Below are positions 8,431 to 17,911 of a stretch of DNA of 64,000 bases, piece after piece. A program made the translations under genes and the position numbers. The notes beneath the pieces were generated by a model. It was not told the origin of the DNA and did not search any database. It saw only the letters and a program-made list of their open reading frames with translations. Position 1 is the first letter of the stretch; each line of letters starts with the position of its first letter. Source of the stretch: Candidatus Heimdallarchaeota archaeon (GTDB lineage Archaea; Asgardarchaeota; Heimdallarchaeia; Heimdallarchaeales; Heimdallarchaeaceae); assembly GCA_030603365.1 (NCBI GenBank), contig JAUVXV010000006.1, forward strand, positions 1-64,000, in the 5' to 3' direction.

Positions 8431-9366
8431 ATGACCACTACTCAGTTTTCTAGAAAAGAAATAGTTCTAGCATATGTCAAAATATTAAGATTAGTCAACG
8501 GTTTGGTCTCAGGAGTAGCAGCAGCATTTGGAGTAGTTTTGTCTTTTCCAGATGGAATTATACTAACAACAGCTGATTATGTTTCAGTAGCTTTAGTTGT
8601 TGTTGCTGGTATGTTTGTATCCTGTCAAGCTATGATTTTTAATGATATTGCAGATAGAGAAGAAGATGCAATAAATGCACCTCACAGACCTATTCCTATG
8701 GGAAAAATATCAGTTAAAGCTGCTAAGATTTATGGATATATTTTCGTTGGTTTAGCATTAGGTACAGCACTAGCTATTGATATCTATCGAAATTTGTATG
8801 GGCTAAGTGTAGCTACAGTAATAATCTTTGGTGGATCCTTAGTGTTGTATGATTTCAAATTGAAGAAATTAGGATTCTGGGGTAATCTAACTATAGGTAT
8901 TAATGTACTAGCTTTGTTCCTCTACGGTTCGTTACATACCTTTATTGTTTATCAAAAAGGATTTGCATGGATTCCAATCGTGGTTGGTGTAGCAGCAGGT
9001 GCAGGAAATGTTGGAAGAGAGATAATTAAAGGCTTACCAGATATTGAGGGAGATAGAGCTGCGGGAATAAGAACCCTTGCAGTAAAGTTTGGACCACAAA
9101 AAACAGCCATTATAGCATCATCATTCTTATGGATACTGATTTCAGGAGGTTTTACTGCGATGATCTTGGGTTTGAATTACTTAGCTAGCGAAATAGTAGG
9201 ATATATTCTCATATTACCCATTGCAACCTTTATATCTATAAGAATACTGATCAATCAAAAACCTAAATGGGCTTATACAACTAAAGAAATTCTTCTTATC
9301 TTGTACTTAGTTTTCTTGTTGTTGTTCATAGTAGATAAAATCATATTTCTTGCAATTAGGGGGTAA
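8431..9366 (+). CDS. UbiA-family prenyltransferase, digeranylgeranylglyceryl-phosphate synthase-like
   Basis: NDIADREEDAINAPHRPIP and REIIKGLPDIEGD-x3-GIRTL Asp-rich motifs; multiple TM helices. Confidence 0.88.
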   Translation: MTTTQFSRKEIVLAYVKILRLVNGLVSGVAAAFGVVLSFPDGIILTTADYVSVALVVVAGMFVSCQAMIFNDIADREEDAINAPHRPIPMGKISVKAAKIYGYIFVGLALGTALAIDIYRNLYGLSVATVIIFGGSLVLYDFKLKKLGFWGNLTIGINVLALFLYGSLHTFIVYQKGFAWIPIVVGVAAGAGNVGREIIKGLPDIEGDRAAGIRTLAVKFGPQKTAIIASSFLWILISGGFTAMILGLNYLASEIVGYILILPIATFISIRILINQKPKWAYTTKEILLILYLVFLLLFIVDKIIFLAIRG

Positions 9367-9623
9367 TTTATTTCTTTATTCTCTTAACTTCGTAACAAGT
9401 GGATTCCAAACATGGTTAAAACTCTAACATTAATTAATCTTTTAGAGAGTAATATAACTCTTTATCCTAGTAACTCTCTACCTACTTCCTACTTATTCCA
9501 TTTTTTTGATTTTTGGGTTAAGAGTAAAAGATAAGTAGATAGACTTTAGGTTAAGTAATTCATACATCTATTAGTCTCATTAAAATTATAAAAAGAAGAA
9601 GTGTTGAATGGTTTGTTTTGCTA

Positions 9624-10925
9624 TTACTTCTTTTCTATGCAGTTTCTGATAACTATTCTGTTCTTTTTTTGCTTTCTTTGAGATTGTTTTATAATGAGGA
9701 AAGGAACAATAGAAAATACTAGAGTTAGTAAAATGATTTGTGGGTATTCAGCTACTACGGGCACTCCAAGAGGATATAAGTCAACAGCACCAGAAGAACC
9801 ATCAATAGAATAAGGTCCTGAGACCCAATCAGACCAATCATTGCCTTCTTGCGTTTGAGTATCATACCAATAGTTGTTAGCTCCATCATCATAAGCTTGA
9901 GAAGTTCCCCCTAGCATATTGTCTACAAATATATTATGGTGAATAAGATTATCATTCGAATCAGAATCTAAGCCAATTCCATATCCTGTATTATCTTGTA
10001 GAAGATTGTCAGTAATGACACAGAAATCAGATCCACCAAGAGATATACCAGCGTAGAAGTTGTTGCCGCATGTGTTGTTTGCAATAGTAATACTATCAGA
10101 ATGGCCAATACAGATACCTAAATCATTTGAACTACACGTATTGTTAGCTACAATAGAAAAAAGGGAATTCGAAATAATGATACCTTGTGCATTGTTATTG
10201 CAAGTATTATTTGCAACAGTAGAATTTCCAGAAATGTAAAGATCGATACCGAGACCACCGTTATTGCTGCAATTGTTATCTGTAACAGTAGAAGAAGCAG
10301 AATGATAAAGCTCGATGCCATCATAGTAGCATGTGAAGCAAGTGTTGTTAGTAATAGTTGTACTTTCAGAATCGGTAATCAGGATACAACTATAATAACT
10401 CCCACTACAAGTATTATTGGCAACAATAGAATTTCCAGAATTGATAAGAAAGATGCCATGATCAAAGTTATCGATACAGGTGTTATTAGTAATAGTAGAA
10501 GAAGCAGCATTGTTAATCCTGATACCTAAATTGTTTTCGCTGCTGAACGTGTTGTTTGTTATAGTTACTGTTCCTTCAGCTACATCATAGATAAAAAGCC
10601 CATTAAAAGCTGCATCTACATAGCAGTTGCGGATAACGAAAAACTTAGTAGTATTTGTAATAATTGCACCATCATCATAAGCTGAGAAAATCCAATAATT
10701 CTCAATAATGTAAGGATTATTTGAGGTTCCATTTCCAGGAAAACCATAGGTAAGATCAAAATCATCATCTGAATCTATAACAATCTCTACAATGATTGTT
10801 AAGTTTATAATAGAAGGATTTCCATGTTCTGGGCTCATTCTTGTTTCTCTTCCATCTATCTGCATGTTAAAAGAAGAAAAGATTAAACAAATAATTGCTA
10901 TTACTGCAAGCATGTATTTTTTCAT
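9624..10925 (-). CDS. Secreted right-handed beta-helix (NosD/CASH-type) surface protein with C-terminal membrane anchor
   Basis: Signal peptide, repeated GI-x-L-x-x-S-x-NSTI-x-NNTC units, GN-x-WSDW, VAEY + TM + basic tail. Confidence 0.85.
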   Translation of the reverse strand: MKKYMLAVIAIICLIFSSFNMQIDGRETRMSPEHGNPSIINLTIIVEIVIDSDDDFDLTYGFPGNGTSNNPYIIENYWIFSAYDDGAIITNTTKFFVIRNCYVDAAFNGLFIYDVAEGTVTITNNTFSSENNLGIRINNAASSTITNNTCIDNFDHGIFLINSGNSIVANNTCSGSYYSCILITDSESTTITNNTCFTCYYDGIELYHSASSTVTDNNCSNNGGLGIDLYISGNSTVANNTCNNNAQGIIISNSLFSIVANNTCSSNDLGICIGHSDSITIANNTCGNNFYAGISLGGSDFCVITDNLLQDNTGYGIGLDSDSNDNLIHHNIFVDNMLGGTSQAYDDGANNYWYDTQTQEGNDWSDWVSGPYSIDGSSGAVDLYPLGVPVVAEYPQIILLTLVFSIVPFLIIKQSQRKQKKNRIVIRNCIEKK

Positions 10926-11137
10926 TTCTTTTCCCTAAACACAAGAATACTCATCTAAGTTTATAAGGATAGTGAAAAAGAAGTTTTTGCTATTTACAAT
11001 ATTCAAACTTCTACTTTTCTGATTCCAAAGGATAAGAGGAATATATTGCAGTTCCAGTTCTGTTTTTGGTTGCACTAATTCTGAGAATTTAAGCGAAAAG
11101 ATGTAAAATAGTGAAATCCTAGCGATTGGAGGATAAA

Positions 11138-11407
11138 TTACTCCCTTATTCTTTTAACTTCGTAAACCAGCGGATTGTGTGCATCTGGGCAAGCGTGAGT
11201 TGATATATCCCTATCTTCCAACCAAGGAAATTCAGCTCCATAAGCCATTGCATAAACTTTAGGTAAAACTGAATAAAGAGCATGAAGACAGATTTTTCCT
11301 TTCATTTCGTTCTTATCAAAACTAATCAGTATTTCATCTCCAACATTATGACCTGCTGCACAAGTTCCTTCCTGTTTAATAACTTTCAATACAATATCGT
11401 GAGCCAT
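11138..11407 (-). CDS. TIGR04076-like small Cys protein
   Basis: GTC-x-AGH-x-VGD, ICLHAL, ACPD-x-x-N-x-x-VYEV. Confidence 0.75.
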   Translation of the reverse strand: MAHDIVLKVIKQEGTCAAGHNVGDEILISFDKNEMKGKICLHALYSVLPKVYAMAYGAEFPWLEDRDISTHACPDAHNPLVYEVKRIRE

Positions 11408-11457
11408 GGCATAGTTGGATATTCAAGGTTTAAATATCTATTCCCCAATAATATTAT

Positions 11458-12528
11458 ATGGAAGAGAAAATAGAAAGTGACATTCTGATTGAAGGAGAAG
11501 GAATTACTGCAGTTGCTCTAGCTTATTTTCTATCAGAATACAAGAAGAATGAAACAATAAATCTAGTACTTAGAGAGCAGGAAGAACTAAATCTTTCTCT
11601 TTTCAATCCTGGACTCATTTTACCCGTATTTCAACTTCCTAATTCTCTAATAGGTACTGTTTTTCAAAGAAATATTAACCTGTTAGAGGAATTGAACACA
11701 GTTACACAAGATTTTGAATTTGCGCAGAACCCATTAGTTCTCCTCTATCGAGATAAAGATTCTATAACGAAGATGAAAGAGCACCAAGAAAAATTAAAGG
11801 AAGCAAATTTAAAACATGCAAATTTAACTCTAGAAGAAATAGAAAGTTATTATCCGTTTATAAGAACAGAAAAAGAGGTTCATATAATTGAGGTATATGA
11901 TACATATACATGCTCAAACCCATATGATCTTTTTACTTCATTTCGAAAACTTGCTGAAGAAAATGACGTATACATAATTAGAGAAAAAGAGAAGATTGAG
12001 GTAAAAAATAACAAAAACTTGATGACCCCTTCGACAGAATATTCAGGAAAAAACATGGTTGTTACTACATCATATTATAATCAACACAATTCTGAACTCC
12101 GTAGGAGTAACTTGGTAAAGGTCATCACTCCCATTATCGAAAGGTTTCCCAAAATTAGCTTATTTGATTCTTCATCAGCTTCGTTTATGTGGTTAGAAGA
12201 AGCAGGATACTTCCACATATTCAGTTCAGTAGATAAGACAAAAGAAAAAGAAAGTCTGGACAGAATCAAAAAGGGTTTTGAGGAGATGTTTTCATTTTCT
12301 CAAGAATTAGAAATACTGGATGTCAATTACAGAAGAATTGAGTTTCTTCATTCTATAGAAAAAAGCTTAGGTTATATGGAAAATAATGGAATATTTTATC
12401 TTAATATTCCACCACATCTTGAACCTTCTCTAAGTCCAATAATTTCAGAAAGGATTGCTAAACTTAGTGATGAAAAAGCTGATTCCTTCAAGGAACCAAA
12501 TTCAATTTTCAAACTTTTTAAGAGATAA
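11458..12528 (+). CDS. Divergent FAD-dependent oxidoreductase (DAO-like fold)
   Basis: N-terminal DILIEGEGITAVALAYFL Rossmann-like motif; LTLEEIESYYPFI typical of the glycine oxidase family. Confidence 0.55.
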   Translation: MEEKIESDILIEGEGITAVALAYFLSEYKKNETINLVLREQEELNLSLFNPGLILPVFQLPNSLIGTVFQRNINLLEELNTVTQDFEFAQNPLVLLYRDKDSITKMKEHQEKLKEANLKHANLTLEEIESYYPFIRTEKEVHIIEVYDTYTCSNPYDLFTSFRKLAEENDVYIIREKEKIEVKNNKNLMTPSTEYSGKNMVVTTSYYNQHNSELRRSNLVKVITPIIERFPKISLFDSSSASFMWLEEAGYFHIFSSVDKTKEKESLDRIKKGFEEMFSFSQELEILDVNYRRIEFLHSIEKSLGYMENNGIFYLNIPPHLEPSLSPIISERIAKLSDEKADSFKEPNSIFKLFKR

Positions 12529-12535
12529 ACAGCTG

Positions 12536-14887
12536 TTAATTGAATTTTCCAACGTAATTATTGTAATTTAACCCTTGATTTTGGCAATATCTTCTAATTG
12601 TTCGAGTATGGTTCTTTACTAGAAAACCAGTCATATCCTTTAATTTTGAATCTATTATTAATTTTTCTAGAACTGGAATTAAAATCTCAGCTTTAATTCC
12701 TTTACTTTGTATACTAAACTCAAGTCTTACCTTCTTTGTAAGTTTCTTCAATTCCCTAATTAGAGGTTTGACTGAATCTTCTCCAAAATTATTCAAAACT
12801 TGAATACCAAGTTTGTTATCACTAGAGTTGATTTTATTGATTGTGTCACCAATAATTGAATATTCTTTTACAAGAGATAGAAGGATTAAGAGCCTGTTCT
12901 TTGTTTTTTCATTCTTGGTGGATTTATAATTCTTTAATAGTATAGTTGCGACACCTGAACCCATTTTCAAAACTACTTTCTGCAAGTTTCCAAACCATTT
13001 TTCATCAGCTGATTTTAAGGTGGGTATTGTCAAATTTAGTATTTTAAAGTCCATTTGACTCAATGCTTCAACTGTTGCATTTACAAGATTATTATTGGGA
13101 GCGTTTAATTGTGTAAGTAATTTTTTCGCAATTGGTGCACCAATATTGACTGCAGCATAGACAGCTGATTCCCTAACAAGTTTCTTAGTTCTTCTCATAT
13201 TATGAATTATGACATCAATTACAGCTGGATCTTTCAATTCACCAAGTGCTCTAGTTGAAATTTCTGCGATGGTATCGTCAGGATCTTTTGCAGCTCTTCT
13301 GAGTATGATTAGAGCTCTTTTACTCTTGATTTTCCTAAGAGATTCAATGGCTTTTCTACGAACTTGGATATTAGGATCAGTAAGAATATTGGTAAGATGA
13401 GGAACTGATTTTGATCCGAAATGAAAAAGCAAAGAACTGCCCTTCTCTCTGATTTCAGGATTGATTTCTTTAAGTGACTTCAAAGTAATTTCAAAAATCT
13501 CATCATTTTTAGTACGTAATTTACCTGAAGAAAAAGCAAAAGAACGACCTAGTTTTTGTAAATCCTCATTTGGATAGTACAAATATAGAATTAAGCCAAG
13601 TTGAACAACTAATGAGATATCAGTATCTAGAAGACCATCTAATGCTAATTCGATATTACTCTCTCCGAAATAATGGAGAACTTCAATAGCATTTTTTCTC
13701 AATCTTAGATCATCTTCAGTCAACTCTTCAATAAGGACTCTAATCGAAGGAGTTCCAAGAGTCAATAAAGCTTGAGTAATAGATTCTATGACAGAAGAAT
13801 TCTTTCCAGCTAATTGAGTTGTTAAGAGTCTAATTGCTCCTTCGTAGCCATATTTTTCGCTCATGACCAGTGTTAAACATTGAGCTGCATTCTTCCTAAT
13901 TGTTTTGTTTCCTTTCTGAAGAGCATCCATTAAATAATCGTAACTTATATCTCCAATCCTTTTCATTGTTTCAATTATATAGGGTACTTTAGTATCATCA
14001 CCAAGAGCAGTCACTAAGACAGGAAGAACAGAATCACCTAACAGTGCCAATGAACGTGCTGCATAATAAGCTAAAGGTTCGTCTTTTTCAAATTGGGTAA
14101 TCAAAATTTCACTTGCTTTTTTATTACCAAGATTTCCTAAAGCCTCAATTATCGCTAGTTTTGTATCGTTGGAGTCATCAAAATTTTCCAATCTTGTTAT
14201 TAGAACATCAGCATTTTTTGGATCATCATTTAGCATTAATGCTGATGAGGCATATTTAATATGCGCCTCTATTTTGTCTTTGGTTATGATATTCCGAACA
14301 TCCTTAACAATTAAATTAGTGAGTTCTGGGAATTTTGTTAGAGTAAAAAGTGTTAATTCTGTATAAACAGGATTTGATTGTTTAATCCTGAAGTTTAGAA
14401 TCTTCTTAATCTCCTTAGAATTATTAGAAATAAAATTAAAATTTATAAATGTTTCATCCATATTTGAAATTGTTGAGTTACATGTACGTAAAGCAATTTC
14501 AGCTAAAGTTGTTAATACAGGTACAATCAGATAAGCTTGTTGTAAGGATTCAAAGACGGTAGTTGCTTTTTGTGAGGATAGTATTTCGTTTATTTTTTCA
14601 AAACTAGAATCTTTGGTCAAATATTTTGAAAAAACAGGTATGAAATGATGAAGTTGATCATTGATAACTTGCTTAACAAAAGGATGAGGATTTGAAATAT
14701 AAAAATCAATTATTTTATCTATAGGAATAAAAACGCTACTGAAAATGAGTTCTGCTGCTTTTTTTCTTATTCTCTCTTCATTATCAACCATAAAAGAAAT
14801 CAATGTATGAAGTTCCTTGATATTTCCAAGATTGATTCTATCTGTTTTATTAGTTTGAAGATACAATTGGAGATCTTCCTTACTCAA
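12536..14887 (-). CDS. HEAT-repeat (alpha-solenoid) protein
   Basis: Repeated units such as IRKNAAQCL, LRKNAIEVL, VRRKAIESL, VRESAVYAA. TTG start overlaps the GTPase stop (TTGA). Confidence 0.88.
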   Translation of the reverse strand: MSKEDLQLYLQTNKTDRINLGNIKELHTLISFMVDNEERIRKKAAELIFSSVFIPIDKIIDFYISNPHPFVKQVINDQLHHFIPVFSKYLTKDSSFEKINEILSSQKATTVFESLQQAYLIVPVLTTLAEIALRTCNSTISNMDETFINFNFISNNSKEIKKILNFRIKQSNPVYTELTLFTLTKFPELTNLIVKDVRNIITKDKIEAHIKYASSALMLNDDPKNADVLITRLENFDDSNDTKLAIIEALGNLGNKKASEILITQFEKDEPLAYYAARSLALLGDSVLPVLVTALGDDTKVPYIIETMKRIGDISYDYLMDALQKGNKTIRKNAAQCLTLVMSEKYGYEGAIRLLTTQLAGKNSSVIESITQALLTLGTPSIRVLIEELTEDDLRLRKNAIEVLHYFGESNIELALDGLLDTDISLVVQLGLILYLYYPNEDLQKLGRSFAFSSGKLRTKNDEIFEITLKSLKEINPEIREKGSSLLFHFGSKSVPHLTNILTDPNIQVRRKAIESLRKIKSKRALIILRRAAKDPDDTIAEISTRALGELKDPAVIDVIIHNMRRTKKLVRESAVYAAVNIGAPIAKKLLTQLNAPNNNLVNATVEALSQMDFKILNLTIPTLKSADEKWFGNLQKVVLKMGSGVATILLKNYKSTKNEKTKNRLLILLSLVKEYSIIGDTINKINSSDNKLGIQVLNNFGEDSVKPLIRELKKLTKKVRLEFSIQSKGIKAEILIPVLEKLIIDSKLKDMTGFLVKNHTRTIRRYCQNQGLNYNNYVGKFN

Positions 14888-15483
14888 ACTCCTTTCCTCC
14901 TCATCGCCTTTCTATATTCAATATATTCTATTATCTTAGAACCAAGATTTTCAAATGCATCATTAACATTTTCTTTAGTTTTAGCTGAGGTTTCAAAATA
15001 GTCAACTTTGAAACCTTTGTCAGAATATTTTTTGTTTAGAGTTTTGATAAGTGTGTCAACCTGGGTTCTAATCTTCTTTCTAGTACTTTCAGTGATTAAA
15101 TCCATTTTGTTGCCTATTATAGAGAATGGAACAACTCCTCGTTCTGTACCTTGTTCAAGTTCTGCAACCCACTTATTAAGAGATTTAAGAGTAGAGAGTT
15201 TTTTCGCATCAAATACCATCATAGCACCAAGAGCTCCTTTATAGTACAACATTCTAACACTCTCAAAAACATCTTGACCCGCAATATCCCAGATTTGAAA
15301 TAAAATTGAATAATCCTGTATCTTTTTTGTGAGAGAAGCAAAATCTGCTCCTATTGTTTGAAGATGTTCAGTAACAAACCCTTCTCCTAGATAGGATCTT
15401 CGTAAACTTGTCTTTCCTACTCCTGCTTCTCCTGCGAGTATGACTTTAAGGTATAATTTTTGTCCATAGCTCAAATCGATCAC
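14884..15483 (-). CDS. Rab-like small GTPase (Ras superfamily)
   Basis: G1 GEAGVGKTS, TIGADF, G3 WDIAGQ, YYKGALGA, G4 NKMD, G5 ETSAK. Confidence 0.95.
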   Translation of the reverse strand: MIDLSYGQKLYLKVILAGEAGVGKTSLRRSYLGEGFVTEHLQTIGADFASLTKKIQDYSILFQIWDIAGQDVFESVRMLYYKGALGAMMVFDAKKLSTLKSLNKWVAELEQGTERGVVPFSIIGNKMDLITESTRKKIRTQVDTLIKTLNKKYSDKGFKVDYFETSAKTKENVNDAFENLGSKIIEYIEYRKAMRRKGV

Positions 15484-15495
15484 TCATTAATTGTA

Positions 15496-17232
15496 TTAGC
15501 TTAACTCTTGATTGTATCTACGGAACATATGATTTACCCCTTTAAAGAATTTAGAAAGTACTATCATGAATGCATAGAAGAGCATTAATGCTCCTAGAAA
15601 AGTAGTTACTATAAATAAAAACTCACCGTTTATTATTAAACCATAATTTGGAGTAATTAAATATCCAATGATAAAATTATTCGCAGCGTGCAGAAAAATA
15701 GAAACGTGGAATCCATACATGATATAAGCATATCCGAAAACAACACCTGCAACTCCTGCTTGAATGATTTTCCATGCACCCCAACCGTTTGCATAATGCA
15801 CATATCCGAAACAAAAGGATGAAAATACTAATAGGATTAAACCAATAAAGTCAATTCGTTTCCATCCACCAATAAGATAGAGAAGAGGGTTGGTGTTATT
15901 GATTTTATCCAGAAAATTGTGTGAATTGTTAAGTTTTTCTTCAGCTTCTGATTTTTGATTTTTATATTTAATCAATCTCAAGATTAGAAAAATAATCACA
16001 TAAATTATGAATAGTGGAACTCCAAGGATAAGAAAACGAAAGGTTATTTCTTCATTAAATCCTGCCCAATAAAGTTGAGAAAAGTCAATAAATAACCCAT
16101 CATATAAATCATCAATCTGAAGTGATGCAACTGATATTAACCCCATATTTTGAAAAATAAAAATTATTACTACTGATAAAGCTGTATTAAAACAAAGTAA
16201 ACCCATTATTGATATGAAATCACTTTTTTTAGTTCTTGATATTATTTTTTTAATACCTCTTTTCGATGTGCTTCGTACTATGTGGGGGGGATCATATTCC
16301 TCGAGCTCAACTGATTGAGTAAGAATATTATAAGCTATATTTTCTTGAGATATTTCTTCTTTAGGTTTCTCTTTTACTTCCTTCATTCTTAGATTATTTG
16401 GTTTATCTATCTTACTAGGGAGGTAAATCATTAAGGCAATAAAACCAAAAATTAACAAGCACATGATTGATTGAACCAATTTCCAATCAACTAGTACAGA
16501 TGGAGGAATGTTTGTATAATCGAAGAATTTTTGCCTGAAGCCAGTGCTAGGATCATAAATATATTTTAGATTTGGATAGAAAATGGTTAGAGTTTCACTA
16601 CTAGTTACTGGAATTGACGGATAAATAATGAAAACTAGAAAATTGGATAAAATTATTACTACTCCCAAGATTAACATCAATATTTTCCAATATTTCTTGA
16701 CGTGAATACGAACTTGTTTTTGGAATGATCCTAAACCTAGTTTATTTTCATCATCATGTAGAATTTCCTTAAAGAATAACAAACCCAGTCTCTCTTCTAT
16801 TTGGGGATAAAGCAATATGCCAATGGTAGTACTTATAGCAATTAATTGTAGTACTTCAAAAAAGGCACTACTTATCTGAACGTAGAAGCTAGGTAATGAA
16901 AAAGAGAAAATAGATACAAGTGCATAATTTATCGTTATTAAAATGATTATAGGAAGGAAAATCAAGTAAATGTGCTTTAACGAAGTATCATTTTCTTCTA
17001 AATCTCGTTTTATAAACCATCTTCTAAGAGTCCATCCATAGATAAAGAAAATAATAATTAAACTGAAGTAAAGGAAAATTGTGTAACTTGTAGAAAAGCC
17101 AGATATTATTAAACCAGCATCAACATCATTTTTAGGAAGATATAGCTCAAAAACAACACGAATAGATGCGAAAATGGAGATACATAAGATGATAAATAGA
17201 GAATCAAAAACCAATCTTTTTTTGCTCATCAC
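15496..17232 (-). CDS. Polytopic membrane protein with C-terminal CPBP (Rce1/Abi, CAAX protease II) domain
   Basis: AGFNEEITFR, FGYVHY and SIFLHAANN motifs; many TM segments. Confidence 0.85.
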   Translation of the reverse strand: MMSKKRLVFDSLFIILCISIFASIRVVFELYLPKNDVDAGLIISGFSTSYTIFLYFSLIIIFFIYGWTLRRWFIKRDLEENDTSLKHIYLIFLPIIILITINYALVSIFSFSLPSFYVQISSAFFEVLQLIAISTTIGILLYPQIEERLGLLFFKEILHDDENKLGLGSFQKQVRIHVKKYWKILMLILGVVIILSNFLVFIIYPSIPVTSSETLTIFYPNLKYIYDPSTGFRQKFFDYTNIPPSVLVDWKLVQSIMCLLIFGFIALMIYLPSKIDKPNNLRMKEVKEKPKEEISQENIAYNILTQSVELEEYDPPHIVRSTSKRGIKKIISRTKKSDFISIMGLLCFNTALSVVIIFIFQNMGLISVASLQIDDLYDGLFIDFSQLYWAGFNEEITFRFLILGVPLFIIYVIIFLILRLIKYKNQKSEAEEKLNNSHNFLDKINNTNPLLYLIGGWKRIDFIGLILLVFSSFCFGYVHYANGWGAWKIIQAGVAGVVFGYAYIMYGFHVSIFLHAANNFIIGYLITPNYGLIINGEFLFIVTTFLGALMLFYAFMIVLSKFFKGVNHMFRRYNQELS

Positions 17233-17418
17233 TATCTCCTCTTTTTCACTAAAACCTATCTATGAATTCTCATACATCGGATATTTATAAATATGGTTTC
17301 TGCAGTTTTACGTTAAACAAAACGGATGTTTCATTCTAATTTGTCAAGGAAAAACTTTTAAAGATGGATTGATGATTTTTACCACTTGCTCTTAACGTAT
17401 GATGCAAACGGATAACAG

Positions 17419-17850
17419 GTGAAAAATATGAGTGAAGAAGAAACACAAGTTGAAGAAACAGAAGTTGAAGAAACAGAAGTTGAAGAAACCGTGGAAAAAG
17501 CCCCTGCTAAAAAAGCTCCTGCTAAAGAAGCTCCTGCTAAAGAAGCACCACAAAAGAAGAAACCCGAGACTCAAAGCCAAATTATCTATATTGGTAAGAA
17601 AAACACAATTACATATGTTTTAGTTGCTGTTACTATCTTAAACAAAAGTGATAAATGTTTTATTCAAGCTCGTGGAAGACAAATTTCAAAAGCTGTTGAT
17701 GTTGCTGAGATATCAAGAAGAAAATTCCTAAAAGATAATGTTACAGTTGAAGATGTTATAATCGGTTCCGAGGAGTTAGAATCAGATATTGAAGGAATGC
17801 CTACTAAGACAGTTTCTACCGTTGAAATAATTCTGAAAAAGTCACAATAA
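17419..17850 (+). CDS. albA: DNA/RNA-binding protein Alba with repetitive N-terminal extension (likely start ATG 17428)
   Basis: IYIGKK-x3-TYVL, IQARGRQISKAVDVAEI, VSTVEIIL. Confidence 0.92.
   Translation: MKNMSEEETQVEETEVEETEVEETVEKAPAKKAPAKEAPAKEAPQKKKPETQSQIIYIGKKNTITYVLVAVTILNKSDKCFIQARGRQISKAVDVAEISRRKFLKDNVTVEDVIIGSEELESDIEGMPTKTVSTVEIILKKSQ
17437..17550 (+). repeat. Two blocks of 15-bp coding tandem repeats (EETEV x4; KAPAK/EAPAK x3-4)
   Basis: GAAGAAACAGAAGTT and AAAGCTCCTGCTAAA-like units read directly. Confidence 0.9.
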
Positions 17851-17911
17851 AATAGTTAGAGTATACTATATCTTTTTCGACTTATTTATTTTATTTCTAG
17901 ACAATCTTTTC

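Noticed and set aside
14884-14920. CAAX/CC prenylation signal on the Rab-like GTPase
   Set aside because: The tail RKAMRRKGV has no cysteine.
17437-17550. Possible CRISPR-like repeat
   Set aside because: 15-bp in-frame coding repeats without spacers. No CRISPR array or cas gene seen in the window.
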